In this document: piece by piece, positions 30,640-41,959 of the stretch
How positions within the stretch are numbered: position 1 is the first letter of the stretch
How the letters are laid out: each line of letters opens with the position of its first letter
Assembly (NCBI GenBank): GCA_013416795.1
Contig: RQSC01000002.1
Location: forward strand, 348,603-412,602
Direction: 5' to 3'
Source of the DNA: Prasinococcaceae sp. CCMP 1430
Taxonomy: Eukaryota > Plantae > Prasinodermophyta
Length of the DNA stretch: 64,000 bases
The notes under the pieces: generated by a model
The model's database searches: none
Told to the model about the DNA's origin: nothing
The model's input: the letters and a program-made list of their open reading frames with translations, nothing else
Position numbers and translations under genes: made by a program

Positions 30640-31489
30640 CCCGCGCCCACCAGCGCGCCGGCCGCCGCGCCGCCCATGATGAGCAGCATGGACACGTGCA
30701 CGCCGATGGGCGCCAGGCGGCCCGCGAGGCCCTTGAAGGCGTACAGCTCGTGGTGGTGGTGGTGCTGCTGCTGCTGCGCTGTTTGCTCGGACGACGGGGG
30801 CTGCTGCCGCTCGGCGCTCGCCGCGTCGCGCAGGAACACCTCGTAGCCGCGGCGCAGCAGCTCGTCGGCGAGGTCGGCCGCGCGCGCGCCGTCGAGCGCC
30901 TGCGCGGCGTCGCCCGCGCGGCGCATGCGCGAGTACTCCGCCGGCCGGCCGGCGAAGCGCCAGCGGCGCGTCACGCGCACCATGGGTACCTGCCGCGTGT
31001 AGCTGCACGCCGCGAGCGAGGCGGCCAGGAGGACGAGCAGCGACAGGAAGGGGGGGGATGTGTACACGTGGTCGAGGCCCAGGAAGGTGATGGCGCGGCC
31101 GTCGAGGAGGTTGAAGAGGGCGGGGTTGTTGGGGGGGGTGTAGGCTTGGACGTAGAAGGACGCGGGCTCGTTCTATGTGTTGAGTGGTGGTGGTGGTGTT
31201 GTGGTGTTGTTGTGGTGTTTGGGGTTTGGGGTGAGGGGTCAGCGACGTGCTGGGTGTGCGTGTGCGAGGGCGAGGGAACCCCCTTTAAGAAGGGGGCTCC
31301 TCTCGCCGCAGGCACCGCGCGTCGCACCTGCTCCACGACGGTGCCCAGCGCGGAGAAGCCGCCGATGGCGGCGAGCTCGGCGAGCGCCAGCTTGAAGCTC
31401 GACAGGGCGCGCAGCGCGCCGCGTGTGGCTTGCCCGCATGCGCACGCACAGGCACGCCCCCAGGAACATGCGAACCCGGCTGCATCCAT
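30640..31489 (-). pseudogene. CCS1: N-terminal half of cytochrome c biogenesis protein CCS1/ResB (intron 31173-31327); C-terminal half absent here
   Basis: LSSFKLALAEL..LGTVVEQ/NEPASFY...LGLDHVY...ACSYTRQVPMVRVTRRW...LYAFKGLAGRLAPIGVH. The match stops after the third TM with no gap. Confidence 0.8.
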
Positions 31490-31699
31490 AGTGTACGCGA
31501 TTGTTGACCCGATTTAATTAGCACGAACCGGGAGTCAGACCGGGGTCACCAAAGGGTCAGACAGGGCGGGGGGGGGGGGGCGTTCTCGTTCTCGAACATC
31601 GACGCGCTGCCTGCGGGGGCCACAGTGGGTAGCGAGCGCGCGGAGCTGCGCCGCCCCCGCCCCTGGCACGACCGGCCAGTCCTCCCGGGGGATCGAGCG

Positions 31700-32516
31700 A
31701 TGCCCTCGCGGTGGGACTCGCCGCCGCGCGCGGGCGGCGGACGGGCGGGCGGCGGAGGAGGAGGAGGAGGGGACGGCGGAGGGGGCGGCGGCGGCGCGGT
31801 CGTGCAGCGAGGGGGGCGTGAGCGCGAGCGCGACGCACGCGGGGCCGGTGGCGGCCGCGATGACGGTGGAGACGGCGGCGGCAGCGGCACTGGACAGGAT
31901 ACCAACGCAGCCCCAACGTACGGTCTCAGCGGCGCGCTTGCCGCCGAGGCCAACGCCGTCGCACCGGGCCTGACGGCCGACTTTGCTCCGCCACCCGAGG
32001 CGCGCGTGCCGCGCAAGCGCTGGCGCCTGTATGTCTTCAAGAATGGCGAGTTGTTGGAGCCGCTGAGTGTGCACTCACAGAGCTCCTACGTGTTCGGCCG
32101 CGAGCCGCAGGTGCGCTGCCGCTCGCTGGCGTGCTCTGTCTTGCGTCCAGCGGTGGCAGAGTGATGGGCCCGTGCGCGAGCGCATGACGTACATCTTCAA
32201 GCGCGCGCTGACGCGGCGCCGCGCCCACACGTGCGTGTCCGCGCCCTTTGATCAGATCGCCGACATCAAGACAGAGCATCCGAGCTGCTCGAAGCAGCAC
32301 GCGGCGCTGGTGTTCCGCAGCACGACGAAGATCGACAAGGAGTCGCAGATGGAGGTGGCCGCCGTGCGCCCTTACATCATCGACCTCGGCTCGTCCAACG
32401 GCACGACCCTCAACGGCGAGCCGCTGCCGCCCAAGCGCTACGTCGAGCTCCTAAACAAGGACACGCTGCGGTTCGGGTGCTCCAGCAGGGAGTACACGCT
32501 GCTCGACGCCTCGTAG
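31700..32516 (+). CDS. SNIP1: FHA-domain protein SNIP1/DAWDLE/Pml1 (intron 32111-32255)
   Basis: LSGALAAEAN, PPPEARVP.KRWRLYVFK, HPSCSKQHA, PYIIDLGSSNGT and SSREY. Confidence 0.93.
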
Positions 32517-32952
32517 GCGCGCGCGGCCGCCGCCCGCGCGCGGCCTCTCCCGCCGCGCCCGCGTCCCCGCGCGAATTCCGCGAGTTCGGGTTAGGGTTAA
32601 CGAAATCGCAGCATTAGGGGTCACCGCGCGCGAGAGAGAGCCTCCGATCGCGCGCGACCCTTTGCCCCCATCGGAACAGAGTTCGGCCGCGGCGAATTCG
32701 CGCGTTCGCGGCGCGAAAAAGAAAAAGTTGCGCGCGGGCGCGCGCGCGCGCGAGGGCCGAGGGCGTCGCGGGGCGGGCCACACCGGGGCGCGGGTGCGGG
32801 CGGGCGGGCGGGTGGGGTGGGGTGGGGTGTGTGTGTGGGTGTGGGTGGGGTGGGGTGTGGGGGGTGACAGGTTCGTGTGGACGAGGGCGAGGGAGGTGAG
32901 TCGCACGCTTGAATTATACAGACAATGACAATAGAGCACGCACACTCACACG

Positions 32953-34002
32953 TTGGACGACCTCGAGGCGGGGGCGACGGGCGGCGGCGCCGAATGCGGC
33001 GAGGTGAACGCCGGCGGCACGAGCGCCCCCGCGCCTGCCGGGGCCAGCCCCACCGCGGGCCTTCCGGTGGGCGCGGCCGGCGATGGCGACAGCAAGGGCG
33101 ATGACGCGAGCGGTGCGGGCGACGAGCTGCCCGAGCTCGGCGTGGAAGAGGCAGCGGAGCGCATCGCCGAGGCGGACGCGCTCAAAGCGGAGGGCAACGC
33201 TCTCTTCAAGTCGGTGCGTGGGCGCCTGCGTACACCGAAGTGCGCGCGCTGGCACTCCCCCGCGCGCGCGACGGCGCGGCAGGCGATGCGCGTCGCGGAG
33301 TCTTGTGCACTCGGGCGCGTCCGCACATGTCGATGGCCGCAATCGATCTCACGTGCTGACACACGCACGCACGCGCCCACGCGTCGTTCAGGGCGACTTT
33401 GCGGGCGCGCGCGAGCGGTACAGCGCAGCGCTCGCCGCTGCTCCCGCTGCGCGCGGGGCAGGCGCGGCGGCGCTCGCGGCCGCGCGTGCCGTGTACCATG
33501 CGAACCGGGCGGCGGCCGCGCTGCAGGCAGGGGACGCGCGCACCGCACGTGACGACTGCGACGCGAGCCTGCGGCTAGCGCCAGGCGCGCCCAAGGTGCT
33601 CATGCGCCGCGCACGCGCGCTGGAAGCACTCGAGGAGGTTGAGGCGGCGCACGCGGACGCGCAAGCTGCCGCAGACGCAGCGGAGGACAATTCTGCGATA
33701 CAGAAAGACGCCAAAGGTGCGTGCTATTGCGCGCCACGCTGCCAAACGCGCCGATGCGCAGCGGGCGCGCTAACCCTCACTCCTCGCGCCCCCCCTCGAC
33801 CGTGTCCCCCGCGCGCGCAGCCATGGTGGTGCGCCTGCAGCCCGCCGTGGACGCCGCACGAGAGAAGCTCAAAGAGGAGACGATGGAGCAGCTGAAGGGG
33901 CTGGGCAACTCGGTGCTCGGCATGTTCGGAATGAGCCTCGACAACTTTGAGGCGAAGAAGGACCCTTCCACTGGCTCGTACTCGATCTCATTCAAGCAGT
34001 GA
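32953..34002 (+). CDS. TTC1: TPR protein TTC1-like (introns 33214-33391, 33717-33820; start codon unresolved)
   Basis: KAEGNALFK / NRAAA TPRs and C-terminal LKGLGNSVLGMFGMSLDNF...TGSYSISF. Confidence 0.88.
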
Positions 34003-34359
34003 AAGGGGCACGTGCGCCGCTGGGCCAGCCAGTGTCCGCAGGGCCAGCCCACGGGGTCGCGATACGGTGACCACTCACTCGACTTCAAGTAGCGAGCACT
34101 GCGTGCGCGCGCGCGAGCGCTCCTTGCTGCCGCCTGGACTGCAGAGGCGATATGTAATGGCAACCCCCGAGGCGCCCCCTCAGCGGAGCCGCGGCAGCTA
34201 GGTCCTCGCACGAAAGATGCACACCGCGCTGCATGCGCCGGCCGCGCAAGGGGCAGCTGTCGCACGCAGCATGCCGCAGCACCTGCCCCATTTGGACAAC
34301 ATATGCTCACTTATTTACTCGCAACGCACCCACTCGCCCTACGACCTGGGAGATGGCAC

Positions 34360-35382
34360 TTAGACGAGCTCAATGAAGCACATCTCGGAGTTGTCCCCGC
34401 GGCGCGGCATCGTCCTGCAGGGGCGGCGGCGGGGTGCAGCCAGTGGCGGGACGGCCGCGCGCTCAGCGTCAGCGCTCCGGCCGAACGAGCAGAGACGACT
34501 CGCGCGCAAAGATGGGTCGAACGTGCCGCGAGCGCAACGCGCCCACTTGCGGGTGCGCCGCCCGCAAACGCGCTCTCACACGCCCCGCGCATGTGTGTGC
34601 GCGAGGCGCGGGTGGGCGCACGCGGCGGTGCCCACAGCGGCGCGCGGTGGTGCGTACCTGATGATGCGAGTGTACCCGCCCTCCCTCTCGGCGTAGCGCT
34701 CCGGCGCGTCCTCAAACACCGCGTTCACGAGGTCCTTGTCGTACACCCACGCCATCGCCTGCCTGCGCTTGTGCAGCGAGCCGTCCTTGGCCAGCGTGAT
34801 GATGTGCTCGACGTGCTTGCGGACGGCCTTGGCCTGCACGCGCGTGCGGGCGCACGCACGCGGGGGAGGGTGCGGGCAATGCACGCGACGTGGAGCGCGT
34901 TCAGTCAGTCAGGCGCTCCAAGATGCAGCGTGCCACCTGCGAGCTCGCGCGCGGGCCTGGCCCTCCCGTCCGCCCAGGGCGCGCCCGAGCGCGCGCTCGA
35001 CCCTGGGGCCACGACCGCCGTGCAGCGCGCAGCCGACGCGCTCCCCGCGCGCGCGCGCCGTACCTTGGCCTTGGTCGTCTTGATGCGGCCGTGGCGCAGC
35101 ACCTCGGTGGTCAGCGAGCGCAGGAGCGCCTTGCGCTGGTCGGCCGGGCGGCCGAGGCGGTTGAGCTTGCTGCGGTGGCGCATCATGGTCACGAGGCCGC
35201 CGTTGGACACGGCGCCGCGGAGCTCCGGGGCCGCGCGCTCTGCACGGCGCGCGCGGGCCGACGTCGCGTGGATGGGCGGTGGTGACGAGCAGGCAGTGCG
35301 AGCAACACGTGACGGCGCGGCGAGGCGCGTGCGTACGCACGGCGCGCGCGCGTGCGAATGAGGACACAGAGAGTCAGCGCCA
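34360..35382 (-). CDS. rpl17: Plastid 50S ribosomal protein bL17 with transit peptide (multi-exon)
   Basis: [26 protein letters not shown]...IKTTKAK / AKAVRK...GGYTRIIR / [17 protein letters not shown]. Confidence 0.93.
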
Positions 35383-35629
35383 TCGCAGTATCGCGCTCGA
35401 GCGCACTCGCATCGAAGCGAACGTCCCGCGCCGGCTGAACCCCGCGGGCATCATACGGGCGCGTGCGGTGCCGGGGCTGCTCCGCGCGAGCTCGGAGCCC
35501 GTCATGACGGCTCAATACGCTCGATAGCTTCGCTACGGGCTCACTCCGGGGCAGTCGCAAGCGCAGGCTCGCGCCAGCGGCCACCCAGGCAGGCGGCGGC
35601 CGTGCGCGCCGGCGCCGCCCAAAACCCTC

Positions 35630-35637
35630 AAACCCTA
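35630..35637 (+). promoter_or_regulatory. Telo-box (AAACCCTA) in the divergent rpl17/RECX promoter
   Basis: Exact AAACCCTA, preceded by a variant AAAACCCTCA. Confidence 0.55.
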
Positions 35638-35687
35638 GCGCATTGGAGGCCGCACTGGCGGGCGGCGCGCATGGCGCCCGCTGGGGC

Positions 35688-36198
35688 ATGAGCAACGGCA
35701 GGCCCCCCCGGAGGGCGCCGCGGAGGGATCTGAATCCCACTCGCCCGCCCCTCGCGCCCCGCGCGCCCCCGCTCCTCCTCGTTCGCCCCCTCCCTCCCTC
35801 CTCCGCGGCGGCGCGCGCGCGTGGCGGACGCGGCGCGAAGAGGTGGGTGGTGCTCTCGCACGCTCGCGCACACACCCTCACACACATGCATGCATGCACG
35901 GCACGCTAACGCACCCGCACACACCCGCCGGCGCCCGTACACATTGACGCACACACACACACACACACATTCACACGCAGCGAGGAGGACCGCCTCCGCC
36001 GCGCGGAGCGCTCCGCGCTGGCGGCGCTCAACCGCCGCATGTACCTCGGCGCCGAGCTCCGCGCGTACCTCGTCGACAGGAGGGAGCACGCGCCCGACGC
36101 CGCCGAGCACGCGCTGGCGCGCGTGCGCGCGTGGGGGCTGCAGTCGGACGAGGCCTACGCCGCGGCGTATACGCGGCACGCATGGCGCGCCAAGAGGT

Positions 36199-36253
<55 letters not shown>

Positions 36254-36254
36254 N

Positions 36255-36320
<66 letters not shown>

Positions 36321-37317
36321 TGAGCGATGTGTGTATGTGCGCGCGCGTGTGTGTCTATGTATGCGTGGACGCGGTGGTTGGTGCGGCACGAGCGCGTCCG
36401 TACCGAGGGTGTGGTATGCGCTGACACACTCACATGCACGCACACGCACATGCACGCGTGCACACACGCGCGCTCGCGCGTGCGTGGCGCCGCTCCTCCA
36501 GGTGGGCGCCCTCGCGGGTGCGCCGCGAGCTCGCGCGGAAGGGGTGCGACCCCGCGCTGGCCGAGGCGGCCATCGAGGGCGTGTACGGCCCAGACGGCGG
36601 CAGGACGGCCTTCGACGCCGACGCCGACGCAGACGAAGACGCAGACGGTGCGTGTGTGCATGCGTGTGTGTGTGTGTGCTCGTGTGTGTGTGTGCGCGCG
36701 CGTGTGTAATGCGTGTGCGTGGGTGTCTTGTGCGTGCGTGTGCGGGTGTGTGATGCGTGTGTGTGTGTGCGTGCGCGCGCGTGTGTGTAATGCGTGTGTG
36801 TGCGTGTGCACGTGCTCATGCTCACGCGCATGCGCGCCTTACCACCTATCCATCCACGCTTGGGCGCAGTCGCCGACGGCGACGGCGCCTCTCCGCTCGG
36901 CGCGCCGGCGCCCGGCGACGGCGAAGGGGCGCGCGCGCGCATGCGCGCGGAGCTGGTGGCCGCCGCGCGGCGGCGGTGGAACGCAGGCGTGTGCGCGCGC
37001 AGGCGGACGGCCGAAGAGCGGTGCGTGCGCGCTCGTGCGCGTGTGTGTGCGCGCGTGTGTGCGTGTGTGTGCGCGCGCGCGTGCGCCCGAACGTACCCAC
37101 GCTCACGCACACACATCCTCGCGCGTGTGTGCGCACACACACGCACACACACACACACACATGGGCGTCGACGCGCGCGCACAGCGCGCGACCCGAGGAG
37201 GAGGAGCGCCGTCGGCGGCGGCTGTACTCGTGGATGGCCGCGCGCGGCCACGACTACGCCACCTTCCGCGACGTCCTCGACGAGGTGTTGCGCCTCGAGG
37301 CGGGCGGGGACGAGTGA
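35688..37317 (+). CDS. RECX: Organellar RecX-family regulator (multi-exon, microsatellite-rich introns)
   Basis: LQSDEAYAAAY..HAW / WAPSRVRRELARKG / RRRLYSWMAARGHDY resemble the RecX helical repeats. Exon 1 boundaries are uncertain. Confidence 0.8.
36200..36316. repeat. (GT)n microsatellite in a RECX intron
   Basis: About 115 bp of near-perfect GT repeat containing one N. Confidence 0.97.
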
Positions 37318-37336
37318 TTACACACACACACAACAC

Positions 37337-37373
<37 letters not shown>

Positions 37374-37688
37374 CACGCACACACACACACACACACACAC
37401 ACATGTACACGCGTGCAAACGACGATGTACAACAGTGCGTTACACGCCCAGGCTAATTCTCACCCCCCCGTAATGTCAATCAAACAACGCTCTGAAAAAT
37501 GGCACAAAAAAACAGCGTGCGGCGCGCGACTGATCAATGGGTGTTCGCACGCGACGTGACAGAAAGTTGGGAGTTGCTCGCGTGCAGGCACGCCCTGTAC
37601 CGCCTCTCGTCGCGCCGGCGCCGCCACTGGGCGTGCGTGCGGCGCTTCGGTGCGCGCGGGTGCCTTCGGCAACGTGGGCGCCGCCACC

Positions 37689-38987
37689 ATGCCGGCCAAC
37701 CTGGGGCGACGAGGGCACCGCGGTGACGTGTGCCGCGCAGCAACGAAAGGCCGCGCTCGCGCGCTTCAGCGACTGCTCGATGCAGGCGCTGACGCAAATG
37801 AAGCAAATGCCGATGGCTTTACTGCCGCCCTCATCGCAGCGCAATGCGGCCACACACAGTGCCTGCGGCTGCTCCTCGACGCGGGCGCAGACATCGACAG
37901 GCCGAGTGAGAATAGCCGTAATCCGCTGCTCGCCGCAGCTGCGTATGGACAAGCCGCGTGTCTGGAGTTGCTGCTCGAGAGGGGCGCCGACAAGAACAAG
38001 ACTGATAATAAGTCCTGCACTGCATTGATATTTGCAGCGAGGCATGGCTTCACAGATTGTGTTCGGCTTCTCCTCGAGGCGGGCGCCGACAAGGAGAAGC
38101 TGACAAGACTCGGGTTTACAGCTCTAATACTTGCAGCAACTGAGGGCAAAGCCGGATGCGTTCAGCTGCTACTCAAAGCGGGCGCCGACACAGAAGTGTA
38201 CGCCCCTAATGCCGGCAATGCCTTGATGGGTGCGGCTACGTATGACCGCACTGACTGTGCCCGCTTGCTGATCGAGGCGGGCGCCGACGTAAACGCAATC
38301 AACTCGAGTGGGTTGACTGTGTTGATGATAGCAGCCGAAAGCGGGAGCGCCGACCTCATCCGCGTGCTGCTCGAGGCGGGCGCCGATGTTTCTGTTACTG
38401 TATTCGATGACAAGACAGCACTCGATTATGCTGAGGTATTCGGCAACCTCGAGGCCGCCGACCTCCTGCGGGCCGCGGCTGCCGAGCGTCGAGCCGTCGG
38501 CGAGCTCGGTGAGCTCCGACTTGGCGAAGGCAGCGCCACGCGCACACCTTGCGGCGGTAACGCGTCGCGCAACGCCTGCGCGCACTGCGGCAAGACCTCC
38601 GCTGCGGCAAAGGCCGAGGGCGATAAGCTGCGCTCGTGCTCCGCTTGCCGCAGAGCCAAGAAGGAGGGCGCCGACGTGGTCCCTCCCCGCTACTGCAGCC
38701 GCGCGTGCCAGGTGGCGGCGTGGCCCCAGCACAAGCGTGAGTGCGCGGGGAGGTCGAGCTCGACCGAGAAGTCGTTGCGACGCGCTGCAGCACTGCATGA
38801 CAAGCTTAAGGCGGCACGCGCCGAAGCGGAAGCTCGTGCCAGTGCCGCTGAAGCAGCTCGACAGGAGGCGATGCAAATTGTGGCTCATCGCGAAGCAAAG
38901 CGGGCGGCTATGGAGGCTGCAGATGCTGCCGTGAAGCGTGCCGAGGCTGCCGAGATGGCCACTCGCAGGAGCAATGGAGAGCGTTAA
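37689..38987 (+). CDS. Ankyrin-repeat + MYND zinc-finger protein, copy 1
   Basis: About 7-8 ankyrin repeats (TALIFAARHGFTDCVRLLLEAGAD), then CAHC...CSAC...YCSRACQVAAWPQHKREC; intronless. Confidence 0.92.
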   Translation: MPANLGRRGHRGDVCRAATKGRARALQRLLDAGADANEANADGFTAALIAAQCGHTQCLRLLLDAGADIDRPSENSRNPLLAAAAYGQAACLELLLERGADKNKTDNKSCTALIFAARHGFTDCVRLLLEAGADKEKLTRLGFTALILAATEGKAGCVQLLLKAGADTEVYAPNAGNALMGAATYDRTDCARLLIEAGADVNAINSSGLTVLMIAAESGSADLIRVLLEAGADVSVTVFDDKTALDYAEVFGNLEAADLLRAAAAERRAVGELGELRLGEGSATRTPCGGNASRNACAHCGKTSAAAKAEGDKLRSCSACRRAKKEGADVVPPRYCSRACQVAAWPQHKRECAGRSSSTEKSLRRAAALHDKLKAARAEAEARASAAEAARQEAMQIVAHREAKRAAMEAADAAVKRAEAAEMATRRSNGER

Positions 38988-39654
38988 AACAGCGGAAGAG
39001 CGAGTTGCCGCATCGGAGGAAGCCCTGGCGTGAAGCGTCGAGGGCGTGCGAGGAGTGAGCCACGGCGGCCTCGCTACACACACACACACACGCACGCACG
39101 CACGCACGCGCGCGCGCACACACACACACACATACACATACGTATACGCATGCGAGAGACCATGCGATATGCATCGGTCGGTGGCCACCTATGCCCTCCT
39201 ATGTAGTACTGTACCGTGCGGCTGCACCACCACCTGCTTCCCCACCACCCGGTAATGTCCATCAAAGAGTGCTCTGAAAAATTGGCACGAAAAACGCAGC
39301 GAGCGGCGCGCGACTGATCGATGGGTGTGCGCACACGACGTGACGGAAATTAGGGCTTCGCGTGCAGGCACGCCCCGCGCCGCGCCACGCCCCGCCACGC
39401 TGCACCGGCGTCGCCACTGCGCGCGCGCGCGGCGCTGCAGCGCGCACAGGTAGGTGCCCCCGCAGACCCTCGTCACCCTTCCGTCTCCTCCCGGCTGCCT
39501 TGCCTGTACTCCAGCTCGGAGGGCTCCTCCGGCCTGGTGAGAGCACGAGTGGGCCGCTGAGGCCGCCGGGCTGGTCCTCGCCACGCCAAATATCTACGGC
39601 CGGCGCAGAGAGCTCGCTGGGCTTGCGAGTGCCTCCGTCAAGGAGGCCGCCACT

Positions 39655-41604
39655 ATGCGAGCGAACCTGAACCGCGCCAGGCGAGGGCGCCGTGGCGATG
39701 TTCACAGGGCAGCGGACGAAGGCCGCCTTCGCGCGCTCCGGCGACTCCTCGAGGCAGGCGCCAACGCGGATGACGCCAATGCCGAAGGCTTCACTGCAGC
39801 CATTGCCGCCGCGGTACGCGGCAACACCGAGTGTCTGCGGCTGCTGCTCGACGCAGGTGCAGATGTCGACAAACGAAGTGGCAATAGTTATTGCAGACGC
39901 ACTGCGTTGATGGCTTCAGCTGCGTATGACCGAGCCGACTGCATACAAATGCTGCTCGAGAGCGGCGCCGACAAGGACAAGGCGGACGCCAATGCCGCCA
40001 CTGCAGTGATGTTTGCGGCACAACATGGCCACGTCAAGTGCCTTCGGCTGCTGCTCGAGGCGGGCGCCGACAGGGACAAGCAATCATTCAGCGGGTTCAC
40101 AGCTTTGATGATGGCAACGGGTCGGGGGCATACCGACTGCGTTCGGCTGCTAATCCAGGCGGGCGCGGACATGGACATATTCAATCCCTCAGTCGGCACT
40201 GCGCTGAACGGCGCTGCTATGTTTGGCCACACCGACTGCGTCCGCTTGCTCCTCGAGGCGGGCGCAGACGTGTCCGTTGCTTCGATCGGTGGCAAGACGC
40301 CACTCGACCACGCTACGGACCAGGGCCACAAGGAGGCCGCCGCCCTCCTGCGCGCCGCAGGTGCACAGCGTGGAAGCGTCGCTGGGCGTTCAAGTGCCTC
40401 CGTCGATGAACGCACCAGTATACCGGCCAGGGCAGGGCGCCGCGGCGGTTTGGTTCTTTTTGCAGTCACGGGCATGGCTCGCGAGCTCCAGGAGCTCCTC
40501 GAGGCAGGCGCCGACGCAAATGAGGCTCACGACAAAGGCTTCACTGCAGCCATTGCCGCAGCGGGCCGTGGCAACGCTGAATGCCTCCGACTGCTGCTCG
40601 CAGCAGGCGCGGACGCAGACAAGGTCGACACTAATGGCGCCTCAGCGTTAATGCGCGCGGCGTTTCATGGCCACGCAGAGTGCGTACAGATGCTGCTCGA
40701 TGAGGGCGCCGATGTGAACAAGGTGGACTTTCGTGGCATGCCGGCACTCATGTATGCTGCGAAGGAGGGCCACACTAGCTGTCTCCGTATGCTTCTCGAG
40801 AAGGAGGCCGACGTCGACAAGGTCGATGTTGACGGCGCCTCGGCAGTAATGATCTCGGCAGGTGGTGGTCATGCTGACTGTCTCCAGTTGCTGCTCGAGG
40901 CGGGTGCTGACACGTGCAAAGCCGACGCCACCGGCCTCTCGGCTGTGATGCGTGCGGCCGGAAGTGGTGAAGCGAAGTGTCTCCGGCTCTTGCTCGAAAG
41001 AGGCGCTGAGATCAACAAGTTCGGTCCTACCGGCCACACCGCAGTAGGGGTCGCGGCATCAAATGGCCAAGCAGACTGTCTCAAGATTTTGCTCGAGGCG
41101 GGTGCCGACATACACAGACTCGGCCCGTACGGGACAACTGTGTTGATGCAAGCAGCCCTTGACGAAGAGGGCGACTGCATCCGCATGCTGCTCGATGCAG
41201 GCGCCGACGTGTCTACTACTACACCCAGTGGCATCACGGCACTCGATTTGGCTGAGACATCAGGTAACGTCAAGGGCGCGGCCCTGCTGCGGGCCGCGGC
41301 TGCCGAGAGCCGGGCAGTCGGCGAGCTCGGTGAGCTCCGACTTGGCGAAGGCAGCGCCACGGGCGTGCCCAGCGGCAGTAACGAGTCGCGCAACGCCTGC
41401 GCGCACTGCGGCAAGACCTCCGCCGATGCGAAGGCCGAGGGCGGCAAGCTGCGATCGTGCTCCGGCTGCTGCAATGCTAAGGCGGAGGGCGCCGACGTGG
41501 TCCCTCCACGCTACTGCAGCCGCGCGTGCCAGGTGGCGGCGTGGCCCCAGCACAAGCGTGAGTGCGCGGGGAGGTCGAGCTCGTCGAGGGCGCGCGACGA
41601 GTGA
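39655..41604 (+). CDS. Ankyrin-repeat + MYND zinc-finger protein, copy 2 (doubled ankyrin cassette)
   Basis: About 15 ankyrin repeats in two homologous blocks plus a MYND finger nearly identical to copy 1; intronless. Confidence 0.92.
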   Translation: MRANLNRARRGRRGDVHRAADEGRLRALRRLLEAGANADDANAEGFTAAIAAAVRGNTECLRLLLDAGADVDKRSGNSYCRRTALMASAAYDRADCIQMLLESGADKDKADANAATAVMFAAQHGHVKCLRLLLEAGADRDKQSFSGFTALMMATGRGHTDCVRLLIQAGADMDIFNPSVGTALNGAAMFGHTDCVRLLLEAGADVSVASIGGKTPLDHATDQGHKEAAALLRAAGAQRGSVAGRSSASVDERTSIPARAGRRGGLVLFAVTGMARELQELLEAGADANEAHDKGFTAAIAAAGRGNAECLRLLLAAGADADKVDTNGASALMRAAFHGHAECVQMLLDEGADVNKVDFRGMPALMYAAKEGHTSCLRMLLEKEADVDKVDVDGASAVMISAGGGHADCLQLLLEAGADTCKADATGLSAVMRAAGSGEAKCLRLLLERGAEINKFGPTGHTAVGVAASNGQADCLKILLEAGADIHRLGPYGTTVLMQAALDEEGDCIRMLLDAGADVSTTTPSGITALDLAETSGNVKGAALLRAAAAESRAVGELGELRLGEGSATGVPSGSNESRNACAHCGKTSADAKAEGGKLRSCSGCCNAKAEGADVVPPRYCSRACQVAAWPQHKRECAGRSSSSRARDE

Positions 41605-41959
41605 GCCACGGCGGCCTCGCTGCCATGGCCCGACGCGTCGCCGCTCGCACGAGGCACGCGCCACGCACTGGCGTGGTTGGCAGGCCCGCGATCGAGGGAG
41701 GGCGCAAGCCTGCAGCTGACTGTTGCGTGAGTGAGTGAGTGAGGGCGAGCGAGGCTGAGTGAGTGGTGGTGTTCAGGTTTGGGTTCACATAAGGGTATAG
41801 TGTAGGGTTTATATATCTTCTTGGATAAGGCCAGGGCCGCCGGCGCCGGCGCGGCGTGGCTGGTGGTGGAGGGGTGGCCCGCCCCCCTTCCCTCGGCCCA
41901 GCACCTCGAGCGAGCGCTCGTGCTGCAACGCATAGTCGCGGCGAGCGCGCGCCGCGTGC

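Larger units (their letters stand above)
37468..41620 (+). repeat. Tandem segmental duplication (upstream region + ANK-MYND gene)
   Basis: About 37468-37630 aligns with about 39250-39420 (taatgtc.atcaaa...gctctgaaaa...gcggcgcgcgactgatc.atgggtgt...cgtgcaggcacgccc). About 38490-38762 aligns with about 41310-41583. The 3' tail gagtgagccacggcggcctcgct follows both copies. Confidence 0.9.

Noticed and set aside
32588-32599. Interstitial telomere or chromosome-fusion scar
   Set aside because: Only 1-2 repeat units; better explained as promoter telo-box-like motifs.
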